A stretch of DNA of 64,000 nt from assembly GCA_010093605.1 (NCBI GenBank), contig MU004184.1:1374801-1438800 (forward strand). Reading direction: 5' to 3'. The notes under the pieces were generated by a model. That model had not been told where the DNA came from and made no database searches. It saw only the letters and a list, made by a program, of their open reading frames with translations. Made by a program: the position numbers and the translations under genes. This document shows positions 35,105 to 48,628 of this stretch, piece by piece (positions within the stretch are counted from its first letter, which is position 1; each line of letters starts with the position of its first letter). Source of the DNA: Lophium mytilinum. Its lineage: Eukaryota.

Positions 35105-36943
35105 ATGGCGACCGTCGCCCATCAACACCAAGCAACATCTGCACACGCTCGCTCAAGCCCCGGTCATGTTATGGAGAGCAGCCGCAACTCTTCCATCTCC
35201 CGCGAACCCTCCGCGTCGTCAGCTCCCATGGCTTCCCATCAGCACGCCACTCCTGCGGGAGCCCCCCCTCCGAAGAAAGGGAAGGGCAAGAAAAGCACGG
35301 ACCCGTTAGAGCAGCAGAAGCAGATCCAGGCGAAGATCGCGCAGTTGGAATCCGATGCTGCGGGTGACAAGGAGCAAGATGCTGAAATTGGTGGGTGCTG
35401 TTCCGTTGGTTGACCCCATCTATTCAACGCCTGGGTACTCTGGTAGCGAGTCTCGCGCCGTGGTTGAAAAACCGCAATTTGCGACAGTCCCATAGTTCCC
35501 AGTTTTGCAACCAAGGAGCGTTTAACTTGATAGACATGTATGGCTAATATGTTATGATCTCAAATAGAGCGCGAAGTCAAGAAGGCGAATCGAGACCTAT
35601 CCCACCTCCTGTCAACCATGGAAACGCCAATGTCGCGCCTTGAAGTTGTCCAGAAGAAATACACCGAGTTGCTTCAGGACATGAAACGGACGGAGCGAGA
35701 TCATATCAAGGCCAAGAAGCGGGGAGATCAGTTGCAAAAGGAGAAAGATGCTGGGAGGACGGAGCTCAACAGGGTCACGACAATGAAGGACAAGCTCGAG
35801 AAGCTGTCCCGCGACGTAACTAAGGACAACAAGAAGCTGAAAGTTAGTGGGAATCGGCCTTTGCGTGGATTTGACGTGGCCATACGCTTATTGAACCCAG
35901 GATGAATATCACAAGCTCGAAACGAACGAATCCAAGGCTCGCGCAGAGCTGCATGCCAGGCTTGAGGCTATGGTAGCCAATGTGGACGATGTCATCAATT
36001 CACAGGGCCAGCCCGAAGCCCAGGATCTAAATATGGAACTTGACGATTTGTACGCCCTCTCGACCCTGGATCTGCAGGACTCTACTAAACGTTCCCCAGA
36101 TTTCGCCAGAAATTCAAGTCATTCATTGACCAATACGAATTACGGGAGCTTCAGTTCCACTCTCTCCTCCGAACGAAGGAACTCGAAATCCAATATCAGA
36201 TGGCGCGGCTGGATCAACAGCGCAAAGCTCAAGAAGTGGAATCTTCCAAATCCCACCAATTGACAAGACAGGTATCCACTTTCTCCCAAACAGAGTCCGA
36301 ATTGCGTACTCAGCTAAACATCTATGTTGAAAAGTTCAAGCAGGTAAGGTATCCACCATTTAGCCCTGCTGTCCTCGTTTTTCAGCATATAGAGGTTAAT
36401 GCTGACCAGATGCAGGTCGAAGAAACCCTCAACAATTCCAACGATTTATTTCTGACGTTCCGAAAGGAAATGGAGGAGATGTCTAAGAAGACGAAGCGCC
36501 TCGAGAAGGAAAACCACAACCTGACCAGGAAACAGGAAGCGACGAGCCGAAACATACTTGAGATGGCCGAAGAGCGAACTCGAGCCCAGAAAGACATGGC
36601 TAGGAAGGACAAGGAGATGGAGCTTCTGCGCAAGAAGAACGAGAATCTAGAGAAGCTCTGTCGCGGGATGCAAGCTCAAGGTCGTGGACAAGTCAACGTG
36701 AATGATTTGGACGCATATGACGAGGAAGGTACGGAAAGCGAATATGCGTATGAGGATGACGATGACGAAGAAGTCAGTGGAGAGGAAGATGATGAAACAG
36801 AGGAAGATGTCATAGATCCTCCAGAACGCCGACCATTTGGTCCGGTGCCACCACCTCCGCCCCCACCACAGAATCTTGTGAATGGGGGGAAAGTCAATGG
36901 TCACAGGCAGACCAACGGACAGGTCAATGGCATCAAGCGTTGA
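35105..36943 (+). CDS. Taxilin-family coiled-coil protein
   Basis: KDKLEKLSR, ELRTQLNIYVEKFKQVEETLNNSNDLFLTFRKEMEEMSKKTKRLEKEN and LEKLCRGMQ. Four introns, the first at 35391-35567. The start codon is uncertain. Confidence 0.9.
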
Positions 36944-37520
36944 GATGTGGTATGCGAGTGCGGTCCGCTAGCTTTAGTGAAGCCGTTTGCAAGCATTGGC
37001 TTTCGGGGGTTCTGCCCGCCTTTAGTTTTAAACCGACCTGATATCTACTCCCCATTTGTGTTTGACTTGTTAGATCGCTTGCCCAACCATGCTTCAAATT
37101 TCAGGTGATTTGACTGCTCACGGACGGAGGAATTTCAGTATATCCATACAGTGTCGGCCTTGCAGCTAGTTCCTGTATAGTTGTACAGCGAGAAGACGAT
37201 GACGATACGGTCTAGCCCTCCCAACACTCTCGTCTGGCAATTTTCGGCACGAGTAAGCGGTTTGGTGTTGAGTCGATGAACGCTACTTGCCCCAGCTTAG
37301 TTCTACCTCGGCGCCCCGCAAACTGACCACTCTTCGCATTACTGCTAACACGCGACCCCCAACTTCATATTTACCCTTGAATTGCCATGCCTCGGTGTCT
37401 GCCGGTCTTTTATATGTGCTTCTACAATTCAAACATACCCCCATCAATTGCAACAGAGCCTCCATAGTTTCACAAGCCTTCATCCACCAACCACATCTCC
37501 CCCCATCCTAATCCTCCACC

Positions 37521-38567
37521 ATGGCGACTCCCTCGCTCGAAACGCCGCTCTCGAAGCTCCTAGGGATCAAATACCCCATCATCCTCGCCGGTATGGCTCG
37601 AACCTCCGGCGGCCCTCTCGCAGCAGCCGTGTCGAATGCAGGCGGCCTGGGGGTCATCGGTGGCCTAGGGTACACCCCAGAACAGCTCCAGACCATCATC
37701 GACGAGCTGAAAGCAAACCTCACCGACAAATCTCTCGGCTTTGGCGTCGATCTCGCACTACCGCAGGTCGGAGGCAATGCGCGCAAGACCAACCACGACT
37801 ACACCCACGGCCATCTGGACGAGCTCATCGAGGTCACGATCAAGAACGGCGCGAAGCTGTTCGTTAGCGCTGTTGGTGTGCCACCCGCACGAACGATTAA
37901 GAGGCTACATGAAGCGGGGATCCTGATCATGAACATGGTGGGAGCGCCGAAGCATGCTATCAAGGCGCTGGAGGCGGGTGTGGACATTGTGTGCGCACAG
38001 GGCGGCGAAGGAGGAGGGCACACGGGCGATATCGCGAACAGCATCCTCATTCCCTCAGTAGTGGATGTGGCGAGGCGGTACAAGAGCCCACTAACGGGTG
38101 AGCCAGCAATGGTGGTCGCGGCGGGAGGAATCTACAACGGGCGCAGTCTGGCAAGCAGTCTGATGCAGGGCGCGCAGGGCGTGTGGGTAGGCACGAGGTT
38201 CGTCGCCAGCACGGAAGCAGGCTGCTCAGAGTTGCACAAGAAGGATGTTGTCAGCGCGTCATTCACGGACACATTGAGGACGCTGGTGGTTACGGGACGG
38301 CCGCTGCGGGTGAGGATGAATGACTATATTCGGGAGTGGGAGAACAGGCCGGAAGATATCAAGAATCTAACGGAGCAGGGCATTGTGCCCATGACGAAGG
38401 ATATGGATGATGGGAAGGATACGGACAAGCCCTTCTTGATGGGCCAAGTTGCTGCTGTCATAGACAAGGTCCAACCGGCCAAGGAGATCGTGGATGAGAT
38501 GGTCGCGGAGGCCGTGGCGATGCTGAAGCTGGGCCAGACGTATATCAGTGTGTCGAGCAAGTTATAG
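37521..38567 (+). CDS. Nitronate monooxygenase / 2-nitropropane dioxygenase family FMN enzyme
   Basis: PIILAGM, LAAAVSNAGGLG, QGGEGGGHTG, AAGGI and GTRF motifs. Confidence 0.95.
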   Translation: MATPSLETPLSKLLGIKYPIILAGMARTSGGPLAAAVSNAGGLGVIGGLGYTPEQLQTIIDELKANLTDKSLGFGVDLALPQVGGNARKTNHDYTHGHLDELIEVTIKNGAKLFVSAVGVPPARTIKRLHEAGILIMNMVGAPKHAIKALEAGVDIVCAQGGEGGGHTGDIANSILIPSVVDVARRYKSPLTGEPAMVVAAGGIYNGRSLASSLMQGAQGVWVGTRFVASTEAGCSELHKKDVVSASFTDTLRTLVVTGRPLRVRMNDYIREWENRPEDIKNLTEQGIVPMTKDMDDGKDTDKPFLMGQVAAVIDKVQPAKEIVDEMVAEAVAMLKLGQTYISVSSKL

Positions 38568-39161
38568 GGGGCTGGCGGGGTGTGTGAGTAAAATGTATAA
38601 CCAAATAAGCAAATATTACTTCCTTGGAGGTCCGATCTGCTTCCTGAGGTCCACTTGTAATCAAAGGACCTGGGCAGTGCAGTCTTCAGAGCTGTCGTGC
38701 CCGTGAATTACGTACATCTAGGTGCTCAGAATTGTGAGTCTTGAATCACGAACGGATGTCCTCAGCGTTGAAGCCGATCCTAGTCGGGCAAGCATATAGG
38801 TATTTGAGTTGTCGATACGTCCGTAGCATATTCCGCAACTGTATAGTAAACACGCTGTGCCAAAAGTCTTATTTATTTATGGATTTCCGTTAGGCGGAAG
38901 CCCGGGCTGAGAACTAATGGGGCCGGTGGAAGACGACACGGCCAATCAGCAACGCAAAATCGGGATGCCGTGCAAATGGGGCGATGCCCAAGAACCTCCG
39001 CGAAACACCATCCAAAGATCTCGACCACTGCCATTCTTCCCCTCTTCGCGCCCTCTCCAGCTTTCTATTCTTCCTCCGCCCCCGCCCTCCCATCTCGAGT
39101 CTGTTCCGCCGACGGCCGCCAACACACATGATCCTCCGCGCAGCCTCGTCCACCTCGACCC

Positions 39162-41727
39162 ATGCAGGCCTCGCTGAAGAACCATCAAGAAGCCCAGCGA
39201 AAAAAGCTTGCCAATTCCTACAAGCAACTTCTCGAGTAATAGCTTGCCCTCCCCCTTGCGTCCGCTTATCGCTAACCCAGCCGTAGTGAGTTCTCGTCGA
39301 AGGACCTCACCAGCGTCGGGAACTACACCCTGGGGCGCCTCATAGGCAAGGGATCGTTTGGCAAAGTCTATCTGGCATCTCACAAGCTCACCAATGGCTC
39401 AAAGGTGCGCTAGATTCTAGGCAACAACAATGACGGAGTTGTGAGCTAACATGCGCGCAGGTCGTGCTCAAGTCGGCGAACAAGGACGATGCGAACCTGG
39501 CGAGAGAAATACACCACCACCGGCAATTCCTCCATCCACACATTGCTAGGCTATACGAAGTCATTGTGACCGAGTCTTTAGTATGGCTGGTGCTGGAGTA
39601 CTGCCCAGGTACGTTGCAGCGCCCAACCCTTTCTTTCCTTTTAGTGAGAACAAATTCTGACGCGGTACCAAATTTTAGGAGACGAGCTGTACAACTACCT
39701 TCTCGCCAAGGGCGCAATTGAGCCGGCAAAAGTCCAGCGAATATTCACGCAACTCGTCGGCGCCGTAACATACGTCCACAACAAGTCATGCGTCCACCGA
39801 GATCTGAAGCTGGAAAATATCCTCCTGGACAAGCACGAAAATGTCAAGCTGGTAGATTTCGGTTTCACAAGGGAATACGAGGGCAAGTCGAGTTACCTCC
39901 AAACGTGGTGCGGGACCGTGTGCTACAGCGCGCCAGAGATGCTGAAGGGGGAGAAGTACGCTGGTGAAAAAGTGGATGTTTGGAGCTTAGGGATTATCTT
40001 ATATGCGCTGCTCGCTGGAGAATTGCCATTTGACGACGATGACGAAAATATCACGAAGATGAGGATTCTGAAGGAGGAACCAAACTACCCGGAGCACTTC
40101 CCTCCGCAGGCAAAGGAACTGATCGGACAATTACTTTCCAAACGACCCATTTTACGGCCTTCCTTGGCTGACATTCTGCAACACCCCTGGCTTGCAGACT
40201 ACGCCCCTCAACAACAAGCAATCTTGAAATTACAACAACCGGCTCAGTTCACCACCGACCTAGAGAAGGAAACGCTGCAACGAATGCGAAGCGCCGGTGT
40301 TGATATTGATATGGTTATTGAGAATGTCCTTGCCCAGCGATGCGATGCCCTAGCTGGATGGTGGGCACTATTGATAGAAAAGGAAGAAAGAAAAGCCAAA
40401 AGAAGAGAGCGTAAGCGCAAGGAACGCGAGGCAGAGGCAAAGAGTTTAAGACGGCTGAGCGCAGCTAGTAGTCGACTTGAAAGGCTTGCTCCTACTATCA
40501 GAGAGACTGATGAAGAAGGCCAGCATACTCCCTTGATCGGTGATCCCCCAAAAAGTCGCGGTCGCAACATGAAAAGGAAGAGCGTCACCAGTGAGTAAAT
40601 CTAGACAGGCATCATCTATTGCTAGGGCTAATATGTTCATAGGCGGCATATCAGATCTGCCACGCCTGCTCGAGACACAATTGACTCCAGACTCAGAACA
40701 GCCACCTCCTCCAATCGAGAAAGATGCCCGATCGTCAGACTCCTCAAGAAATCGACCCCCTTTGCCTCCAAAAGAGGTGAGAAGATCGAGGAGTAGCATG
40801 CTTCAGGTGGTGTCCAATAATCCTGACCTACTCAACCCGAATGGTTTCGTTCCAAAGCGCCGACGGAAATACCAACAACCGTTCATCAACCAACTAGCTG
40901 CATTCCGAAACTGGCTCAAAGAGACATCCAAACGAGCAAAGTCGCCAGGTTCAAAATCAAGCAGCACCATGTCTCCAAAATTATCGCAAGGCAAGAAATC
41001 TCCAGATACCCGACGTCTCTCAAGCGCTGGCGCCCTCTCCAACCGACCTTCTGGCAACAATAGTCGCCCTGACCTCCAAACCCGCGCCTCCTTTCCCCAA
41101 CGCCCTCGAATCTCCACAAATGGCAGCACCGTCTCTACAAAACGGCCCTCACTATCACCCTCCCCCTTGACGCCACGTTCTTCCTACCGCCGCAGCTCAG
41201 TTGGCCTCCGTGGCCGCAAATCCACCTCGTCATCTGTATCGTCTGTCCGGTCTATCCACCACCATCACTCCCACTCCAAAGCCTCATCCACCTCATCTGC
41301 CTCCCTCGCCTCGCCGTCTGTCTCTACGACCTCCAAACCCACCAAATCCCCCCACACCTCGGTCAAAGTCCTCCCCGCCACACCAACCACCTCCTCCTTC
41401 CCCTCCAACGTCCGCATTGTACGCGCGCCAGTCAGCGAAGGCGGCGCCGCATTTGGCGGCGGCGGTCTTGCTAGCCCGGGTCTCGTCTTCGCGAAGAGGA
41501 AACGCTCGCCCTTCAAGGGGCCGATGCTGCATGTGAGTCAGCACGGCAGCCCGAGCACGTCACGGCAGCGGAGCGAGAACAACTCGAGGAGCGCGAGCGT
41601 ACAGGGGCGACGAAGTGGGGAGATCATCGAGGAGGAAGACGAGGATGAAGTAGAGGAGGTGGAGGAGTTTTCGAATATCATGCGAGCAGGGGAGTTCATA
41701 GAGGAGACATCGATCGCGGAGAAATGA
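39162..41727 (+). CDS. CAMK/AMPK-related Ser/Thr protein kinase (Ppk16-like)
   Basis: GKGSFGKV, HRDLKLEN, DFG, APE and DVWSLG across four introns, followed by a long Ser/Arg-rich tail. Confidence 0.93.
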
Positions 41728-44700
41728 ACCGCGACGTCACGGAGACTCAGCGAAGAGGCTTAGGGGATGCCTCTAGATTCACGTATTCACTTCATGTTGG
41801 GATTTTAGGATGATTGGGCTGCTAGGAGCTTTTCTTCTTCTTTTCTTTTGTAAGCTGGTTCTGACGCCTACCGCTTTGAGGCGGGGTTGTGTTGAGTTCA
41901 GCGGGGGCGTCTTGCGGTGCTTCTTCTTCTTCTACTGCTTTCTTCTTTCTTTCACGTCTACTTCTTTTACCGATACTTTTCTTCTTCGATTCTCAGTCTT
42001 CCTCCCTCCCTTTCTTTTCGCTTCATGTGGTGGGATTTCCTCTAATGCATAATGTAAGGGAGAAAGAGGATGCCGCTCCCAACATTTCCAAATCCTCGTT
42101 TCCTATGTCGTTTGGGTAGCGGTTGCAAAAGTTGCATTGGGGCCAAAGAAAGCTGGGTACTGGGGCTGGGTACAGATGAGATGGTGGGGGATGTTGTGTC
42201 AGAGTCTATGTGTCGATGTTGAATATCGGTTGGATGGGAGATGGAGGGCGGTGCGTAGATACCACGTCAATGAGATCGGGCTTTTTGGGTTTGAATTGTG
42301 TTATTGTTGATGCTCATGGTGGTTGGGCTGTTTTTGGAAAATGCAGTGGGCGGGTTGTGAGACGTTGCAGTAGTGCGGAGGCAAGTGGAAGCGTGCTTCT
42401 GCAAGGACGCGCTCTTGGGTTCATGGATTGCATGGATTGAATGTGAGCATGAGAATCACGGGTGGAGAATTGCCGTATGCAAGGACGCGACTCTTTAGGA
42501 AGGATTGGAGTTGTGGACTTCGAAATGATAGAGTAAAGGCACGTGAGCGACTAGAAGGAGGTACAGCATATCCAACAAGCTCGCACCACATAACCGCTCC
42601 CCATCTTGTGGGCACCATGGGTCGCAAACGTTACCACCATGCTCCTGCCACGCTTTCACGTGGATACAACCGGCTCCGCATCACATGGCCGGCTACCACA
42701 CCTCTTATCACCAATGTTGCAAATTTCCAGCACCGCTATTGCTAGCCCCGCGTCATGCCGTTCTAGAAGACAGGTCTAGAGAGCCCTAGCTGGAGCTAAG
42801 TCAGGTACGAAAGTCGGCCCATTCGGACATTACTGCCAACAGCAATCACATGCGCGAAGCTCGTCGGTAGGTCGCCTAAAGGTAATTTATGGATGTATGT
42901 ACCTGCGAACTCCTGTCACAGCGCCGTTTGGACCTCCTGCATGGCAGGCTTTGACAGCCAGCCACGCGGTGGTGGTCCTGCCTGTTTTGTGCTACGGCAC
43001 GTCAAGAAGCGGGTGGGCCCGTGGGGTGGGTGATGCTCGTGATTGCGGGATGGTAGCAATGAATGGTCTGAGCGGGTGCGGTTCGGTGCTCCTGCGACGT
43101 GTAAGAAGAGTGAAAGAGATGGAACATGCTGATGCTTGGGAGGCGAGTCAAAGAAGCAAACACGTAGATGGGCGAAGGATCGATGGCTAAAAGAGAGGCA
43201 ATGGTACGACCATCACTGTTCCAATGCATAAAGCAGGCGCGGGAGACGGGATGGAGGGGTCACACGCGGTGTTCGTGGTGAATCAGCCCTGTTTGGGCAA
43301 TGTTCTCGACTCTCGAGACGGTTCCTGCAGCTGCTCTTGTTGATCTGATTCCTAACCCAAGTCCGTTGCCACGCGCGTCGGGGCCACTCCTCGACAGGAA
43401 CCGAGCGATTGACCGGCAGGAATCAAGATTAAAAATTGAGGTGCTCCGTGGTCTACTACTGCACCTTCTCGTCGCCAAAGCCACACAGACGGGGCTCGTG
43501 ACGCTTTTGTAAGGAGACTGTGGGAAGACTGAGGCCTGAAGGCAAACCAGGGTAAAGCTTAACCAGATGTCGTGTGCCACCAAGCCCCAAACGGTTGGCA
43601 GCAGCCGGTGGCATCGGGCACGGCCGCCAATCCGATTCTTATCGGTGGCGCAAGAGGGCCTGCTCGGATGCAGTATGGCGCGTCAAGGATGACAGCCGAC
43701 GACGGCACCGGTAGCCGTTGATATCGTTCGAGTGTCGACACGATATCTGTCCGATGGTACGTACAGTAGTCGGTCGCACACGCCTGCACGCTGACGGCCG
43801 TTATTGCAAGACGGCACAACGGTTGCTGCGAGACTCTCATCTGCGCCGTCATGCTGTGATGCCGTCTCCCAAGGCTTTGGCTCAGGGCTTTTGCGGGGCC
43901 GAGGATTCGTTCAATCTCGCGCTTCTGCTAGAGTCCCCACAGCCGTTAGAGCGCCGGGCTGGCGGTCGTGACACTTCGACCTGCCCGAAGCAGACCTGGG
44001 GCAGTTCGTCCACCCCCGAGTGCCTCGCGTCTGTTTTGCCAATCGGACCTGGCCACCGGCTGACGACTCTTCACCCGTGGACGTCTCGGAGTGGCGTTAA
44101 TTTTGGACTGGCTGCCTCGGCGACCACTGAGCACCCAGGAGCCGCTTTCGAATGCTGTCGTGCTGAACATCAGTGTGACGAGCGTCAGGATTCGATACTC
44201 GGGTCTGCACCTATGAGCGGCGTCGTGCTGGGTCTCGCAGGACGTCTCTCATGACAGGTACAGACTCGAAAAAGACGCAGAGGATTCAATGAGGATTCAA
44301 TGGCGGCGATAAGAAGGCGGGTTGCAGATGATGGTGGCCTTCTACGTCTCTTCTAGAACCGGTGGCGGCGTGCGCTTGCCTCGTTCTGCTCTCGCCATCA
44401 ACGCCCTCCGCCAGCCGGGCGTCTTCGCGCGTCGGACAAGGTGTTGGAATTGCGCTTCTGTCGCGTCTGTGGTTGGTCGCAGAGACACTGGTGGTTGGGA
44501 GATCGCTGCAGCCCCCCGGAGCGTGGGATGGTGGCAGCATCAGTATCGAGGGGCGGGACTCGACACCGGCCGCCCGTGTATCAAATGGTTGCTCCCTGCT
44601 AGTCCGGCATCCCGGCGAGCCCTTTGCTGCTGCTGGTATCGCGCGCAGGGCCCCGAGTGGAGTGCCTTGTCGAGCCAGACGAGCACCCTTCAGCTGCCCT

Positions 44701-44883
44701 TTTAATAAGTCTGACTGCGCCTCGGCGCGACTGCTCAACCCCATATCACCACCGCGGTACCCAGACGCCCATCCTGGCCCAACAACCTCACCTCGTCGCT
44801 GCCACCACGGCGGCCGTCTGCCTGATCGCTGCGGCCCGCTGAACACCACCACTGTCTGTCTGTCTGTCTTCGTCACCACCGCC

Positions 44884-46783
44884 ATGCCCGCCGGTAGCAT
44901 GGACACGGAAAAGGGCCTGCGCAAGAACTCAGAAGGCCGATACTCACCCGACTCCATGTCGCCCGACTACTATGGCGAGTCCTCAGTGCACCGTGACGCC
45001 CTCGGGCGGCGCATCTTCGACAGCTTCAAGCGCAGCCCCAACTATTCCATGACGCCGAAAGGCACTCTGGGCGCTGACGGCAAGGTCTTCGATCTGGAGA
45101 GCGCGGCACGGAACACGGCGACGTCGCCCCTCTCGCGGACGCTGAAGGGGCGGCATCTGCAGATGATCGCAATCGGCGGATCCATTGGTATGGTGTTGCT
45201 GTTCTGCTTTTCTGGTACCGACGAGTGCTAATTTTGCTGTTCAGGGACCGGCCTCTTTGTCGGGTCCGGGAGTGCTCTGTCCCACGGTGGACCGGCCTCC
45301 GTCGTTATCGCCTTCTGTCTGATTGGCGTCATGTTGTACTGCACCGTCCACGCACTGGGCGAGATGGCAGTGCTGTTTCCCGTCGCCGGTTCATTCTCGG
45401 CCTATTCCACCCGTTTCTTGGATCCGGCCTGGGGCTTCGCCATGGGATGGAAGTAGGTCCTCCCCCGTCAATGTCAATGCGTGTCGAAACAAGACTGACC
45501 GTGACAGCTATGCCCTGCAATGGCTGGTCGTGCTACCCTTGGAGATTGTTGCTGCAACCCTCACGATTGAATTCTGGAACCACGGGAAAGTCAACAACGA
45601 CGCCTGGGTCGCCGTATTCCTCGTATTGATCGTTGGCATCAACCTGTTCGGTGTCAAAGGCTACGGCGAGGCCGAGTTCGTCTTTGCTATTGTCAAAGTC
45701 ACTGCTGTTATCGGCTTCATCGTCCTCGGCGTAGTTATCAACGTCGGAGGCGGCCCAGATGGCGCCTACATCGGAGGCAAGCTGTGGCGCGACCCAGGAG
45801 CCTTCAACAACGGCTTCAAGGGGCTCTGCAGCACCTTCGTGACCGCTGCCTTCGCCTTTGGGGGCACTGAGTTAGTAGGACTCGCTGCCGCCGAGACCGC
45901 TAACCCGCGCAAGTCGCTCCCCACGGCCGTCAAGCAGGTCTTCTGGAGAATCACTCTCTTCTATGTCGTCTCCCTCATCCTGGTCGGTCTACTCGTCCCC
46001 TACACCGACAAACGTCTTCTCAATAGCTCCACCCCCGGCAACTCTGTCGCCTCTCCCTTCGTCATTGCGATCCAAAATGCCGGCATTGAAGGCCTCCCAT
46101 CCGTCTTCAACGCCGTCATCATGGTCGCCGTCCTCTCCGTCGGCAACTCCTCCATCTACGGCTCCTCTCGCACTCTCGCAGCGCTAGCAGAGCAAAATCA
46201 AGCACCCAAAATCCTCGCATACATCGATCGCCAGGGCCGCCCTATAGTCGCCATCATCGTGGCGTCCATCATCGGCTTCCTCGCCTTCCTCGCCGGCTCC
46301 AGCAAGCAAGAAGACGCCTTCAACTGGATGATGGCCATATCGGGCCTCTCATCCGTCTTTACCTGGATGAGCATCTGCGTCTCCCACATCCGCTTCCGCA
46401 AGGGCTGGGCGGTGCAGGGTCATTCGCTCGACGAGCTAGCCTTCAAGTCGGCCGCTGGTGTCATCGGATCGTACATCGGCGCCATCTTCAACGCCCTCGT
46501 CCTCATCGCCCAGTTCTGGACCGCCTTCTCCCCGCTCGGCTACGAGACGATGTCGACGAAGGAACTCGTCAATACCTTCTTCCAAGCCTACCTCGCCTTC
46601 CCCGTCGTCTTGATCATGTACATCGGGTATAAGCTGTGGTACCGGACCCCCTTCATCCGGTCGCACAATATGGACCTCCACACGGGCATCCGCGAGCTGA
46701 ATCTCGCGGAGCTGATCGCGGAAGAGCGGCTAGATCGGGCGAATTGGCCGCGGTGGAAGAGGGTGTATAAATTCTTCTGCTAA
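44884..46783 (+). CDS. Amino acid permease (YAT family, Gap1-like)
   Basis: RHLQMIAIGGSIGTGLF, FAFGGTELVG and 12-TM hydrophobicity. Two introns near 45188-45244 and 45453-45507. Confidence 0.96.
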
Positions 46784-47234
46784 TTCGGGTATCGATCTGC
46801 GTCTTTTGCTGTTTATATCTCGATTTGGTTTCATAAACTATGGTGTGGCCGATCTAATGCGATCTTGGTGGCTGTGATATCTATCTTCCTCGGCGATTTA
46901 GCGCATGGGCGGGCTGCTGCTGTTGTTGTATTTTTAGACTACGAGATATCCCCAGATGACTTTGATGCCGGTAATGATAGCCTTGGTTCAAACCTCTTAA
47001 GTGTCTGTTTGGGGCTATTGTTGTTTGTTGTAACTGTGTTTTGTCTGCAAGTTGCTCGAGTCGTTTGAGGTCACTCGTCAAACGGGACGAGTATGCCCCC
47101 TATCCGTTACAGCTATGTCCAGCCCGCTCGACCTCAACAACGCTAGGAGCCACTCTGCTGCGTGAAGTATCCACTGTGAGAGCTGACTAGCGGAAATAAG
47201 GGACTTAAAGGGGGTCTCGAGGGGGGTACTTGCT

Positions 47235-48255
47235 GTACCGCATTAGGTGAAACCATTGCAAGTTCTTACGGATTGAACCGTGTAATGCCCAAATTTGTAA
47301 AGGCGGCGTCAATGCAGCAACGTGGAGGGGATCGGTCACGTATCCAGTGCAAAGGGGGAAACATTCACATATTGAACTGTCTGAGGAGCTTTATACCAGA
47401 CGCGATTTAGAGGTACCGTCCTCATTATCTCGAACCTTTTGAACCACGCGTCGGTTGAAAATGGTAGAAAGAATCACAGATCAAACTGTCTGATGCGCTT
47501 TTGTATAGACGTGGCGTGTACACCGAACCCCTTTTGGTGTGATTTTTACTTGGCCTACCGTAGTCACACATTGGGCGCGAGTAGTGGAAGAGTCACAGAG
47601 TTAACCACGTAACTACTTTTGTTTGTTTGATACAGCGTTTGTTAAGTGTCACCTTGATGTAGTGATTCCCCTTACGCTCTCTGGTCACGCGTTGGAGTTA
47701 TATGGTGGGAATAGTTACAGGTCTAACCGCCTGATGATAGCTTATTCAGACGCGGCGTGCACGCGAGAGGCACATGGTGGACACTTTACGTAGTTGTTGA
47801 TAGTGGTATAATCAATCATCTATGCAATACCGTCGATTGAGGCTAGTTGAATGGTTGCGATCATGTGGAGGGTGGAGGTAAGTCGAGGGCACGCCCTGGG
47901 TCAATATGTTAGAAGGAGTCACAGATTCAACCGCGTAGATGAGATCTTAGAGTACGGGCGTACGCGCCGCTTAGTGGTTATTCCAGGCTGCTCAAGCAAC
48001 GCGATGGTGCTATGAGGGAGGAGAAGTTACAGAATGAACCGAGTGATTGTATTTTTCGAGAGACACGGCGGAGATGCGGTAAAGTTGGTGAACGCCGTTT
48101 GATCGGCAAAAAATTACATCAAAGGAGACTAGAGTTGGAGAGAGAATGGAGTGGAGGTAAAGTAGAGTGGACTGAGGCCACGCGTTGAGTCGAAGAGTTG
48201 CAAAGTTTTACACATTTGTTGGTGGAATCAGTTTTAGTAGAGGCGGCATGGCCGT
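47235..48255 (+). repeat. Array 2 of the ~80-bp fixed-spacing repeat family (8 clear copies, 1 eroded)
   Basis: TYAC cores at 47266, 47365, 47474, 47593, 47715, (47816), 47919, 48027 and 48208. A CACGC-like motif lies 28-29 bp upstream and a GACGCGGCGTG-like motif 32-36 bp downstream. Spacers are unrelated to each other. Confidence 0.9.
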
Positions 48256-48628
48256 GGCATGGACGCGCAGTGACCATGAATGGGAGATGACTGGCTCTGT
48301 ATTAAGTAGAGAGCTAAGGACAGACAGTGCCTATATTAATGTACAATTATGTTCGGAGCCATATCTACAGAACAAGGGTAGTCTAATGGTATCGTTGTGA
48401 AAGTCTATAGTCACCGAAAGAAGAAGTAAAGAAGACGTAGGAGACGTGCTTATGCAGTAGAGGTGAGAATCACCTGAGGAGGTTGGTCGCACAGAGGGAT
48501 TCGCAGACCCTAGGGGCTCCCATGGACGCCCGAAAATGCTAATTAAAGGAAATGGACAAGGCTGTCAAGTGGTGCCGGTGTGTGAGTTCTGATGCCAGCT
48601 TTTCAAAGTGATTCAACCCCAAGTCATC

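Noticed and set aside
42700..44315. GATA (AreA-type) sites upstream of the permease at 42704, 43638 and 44308
   Set aside because: Biologically plausible, but three hexamers in 1.6 kb is close to chance expectation.
44362..44883. 174-codon non-AUG N-terminal extension of the permease
   Set aside because: GC-rich sequence with several overlapping open frames and no protein-like character. The ATG at 44884 has a strong GCCATG context.
47235..48255. True CRISPR array
   Set aside because: The host is eukaryotic, the repeats are ~80 bp and highly degenerate, and no cas genes are present. Only the layout is similar.
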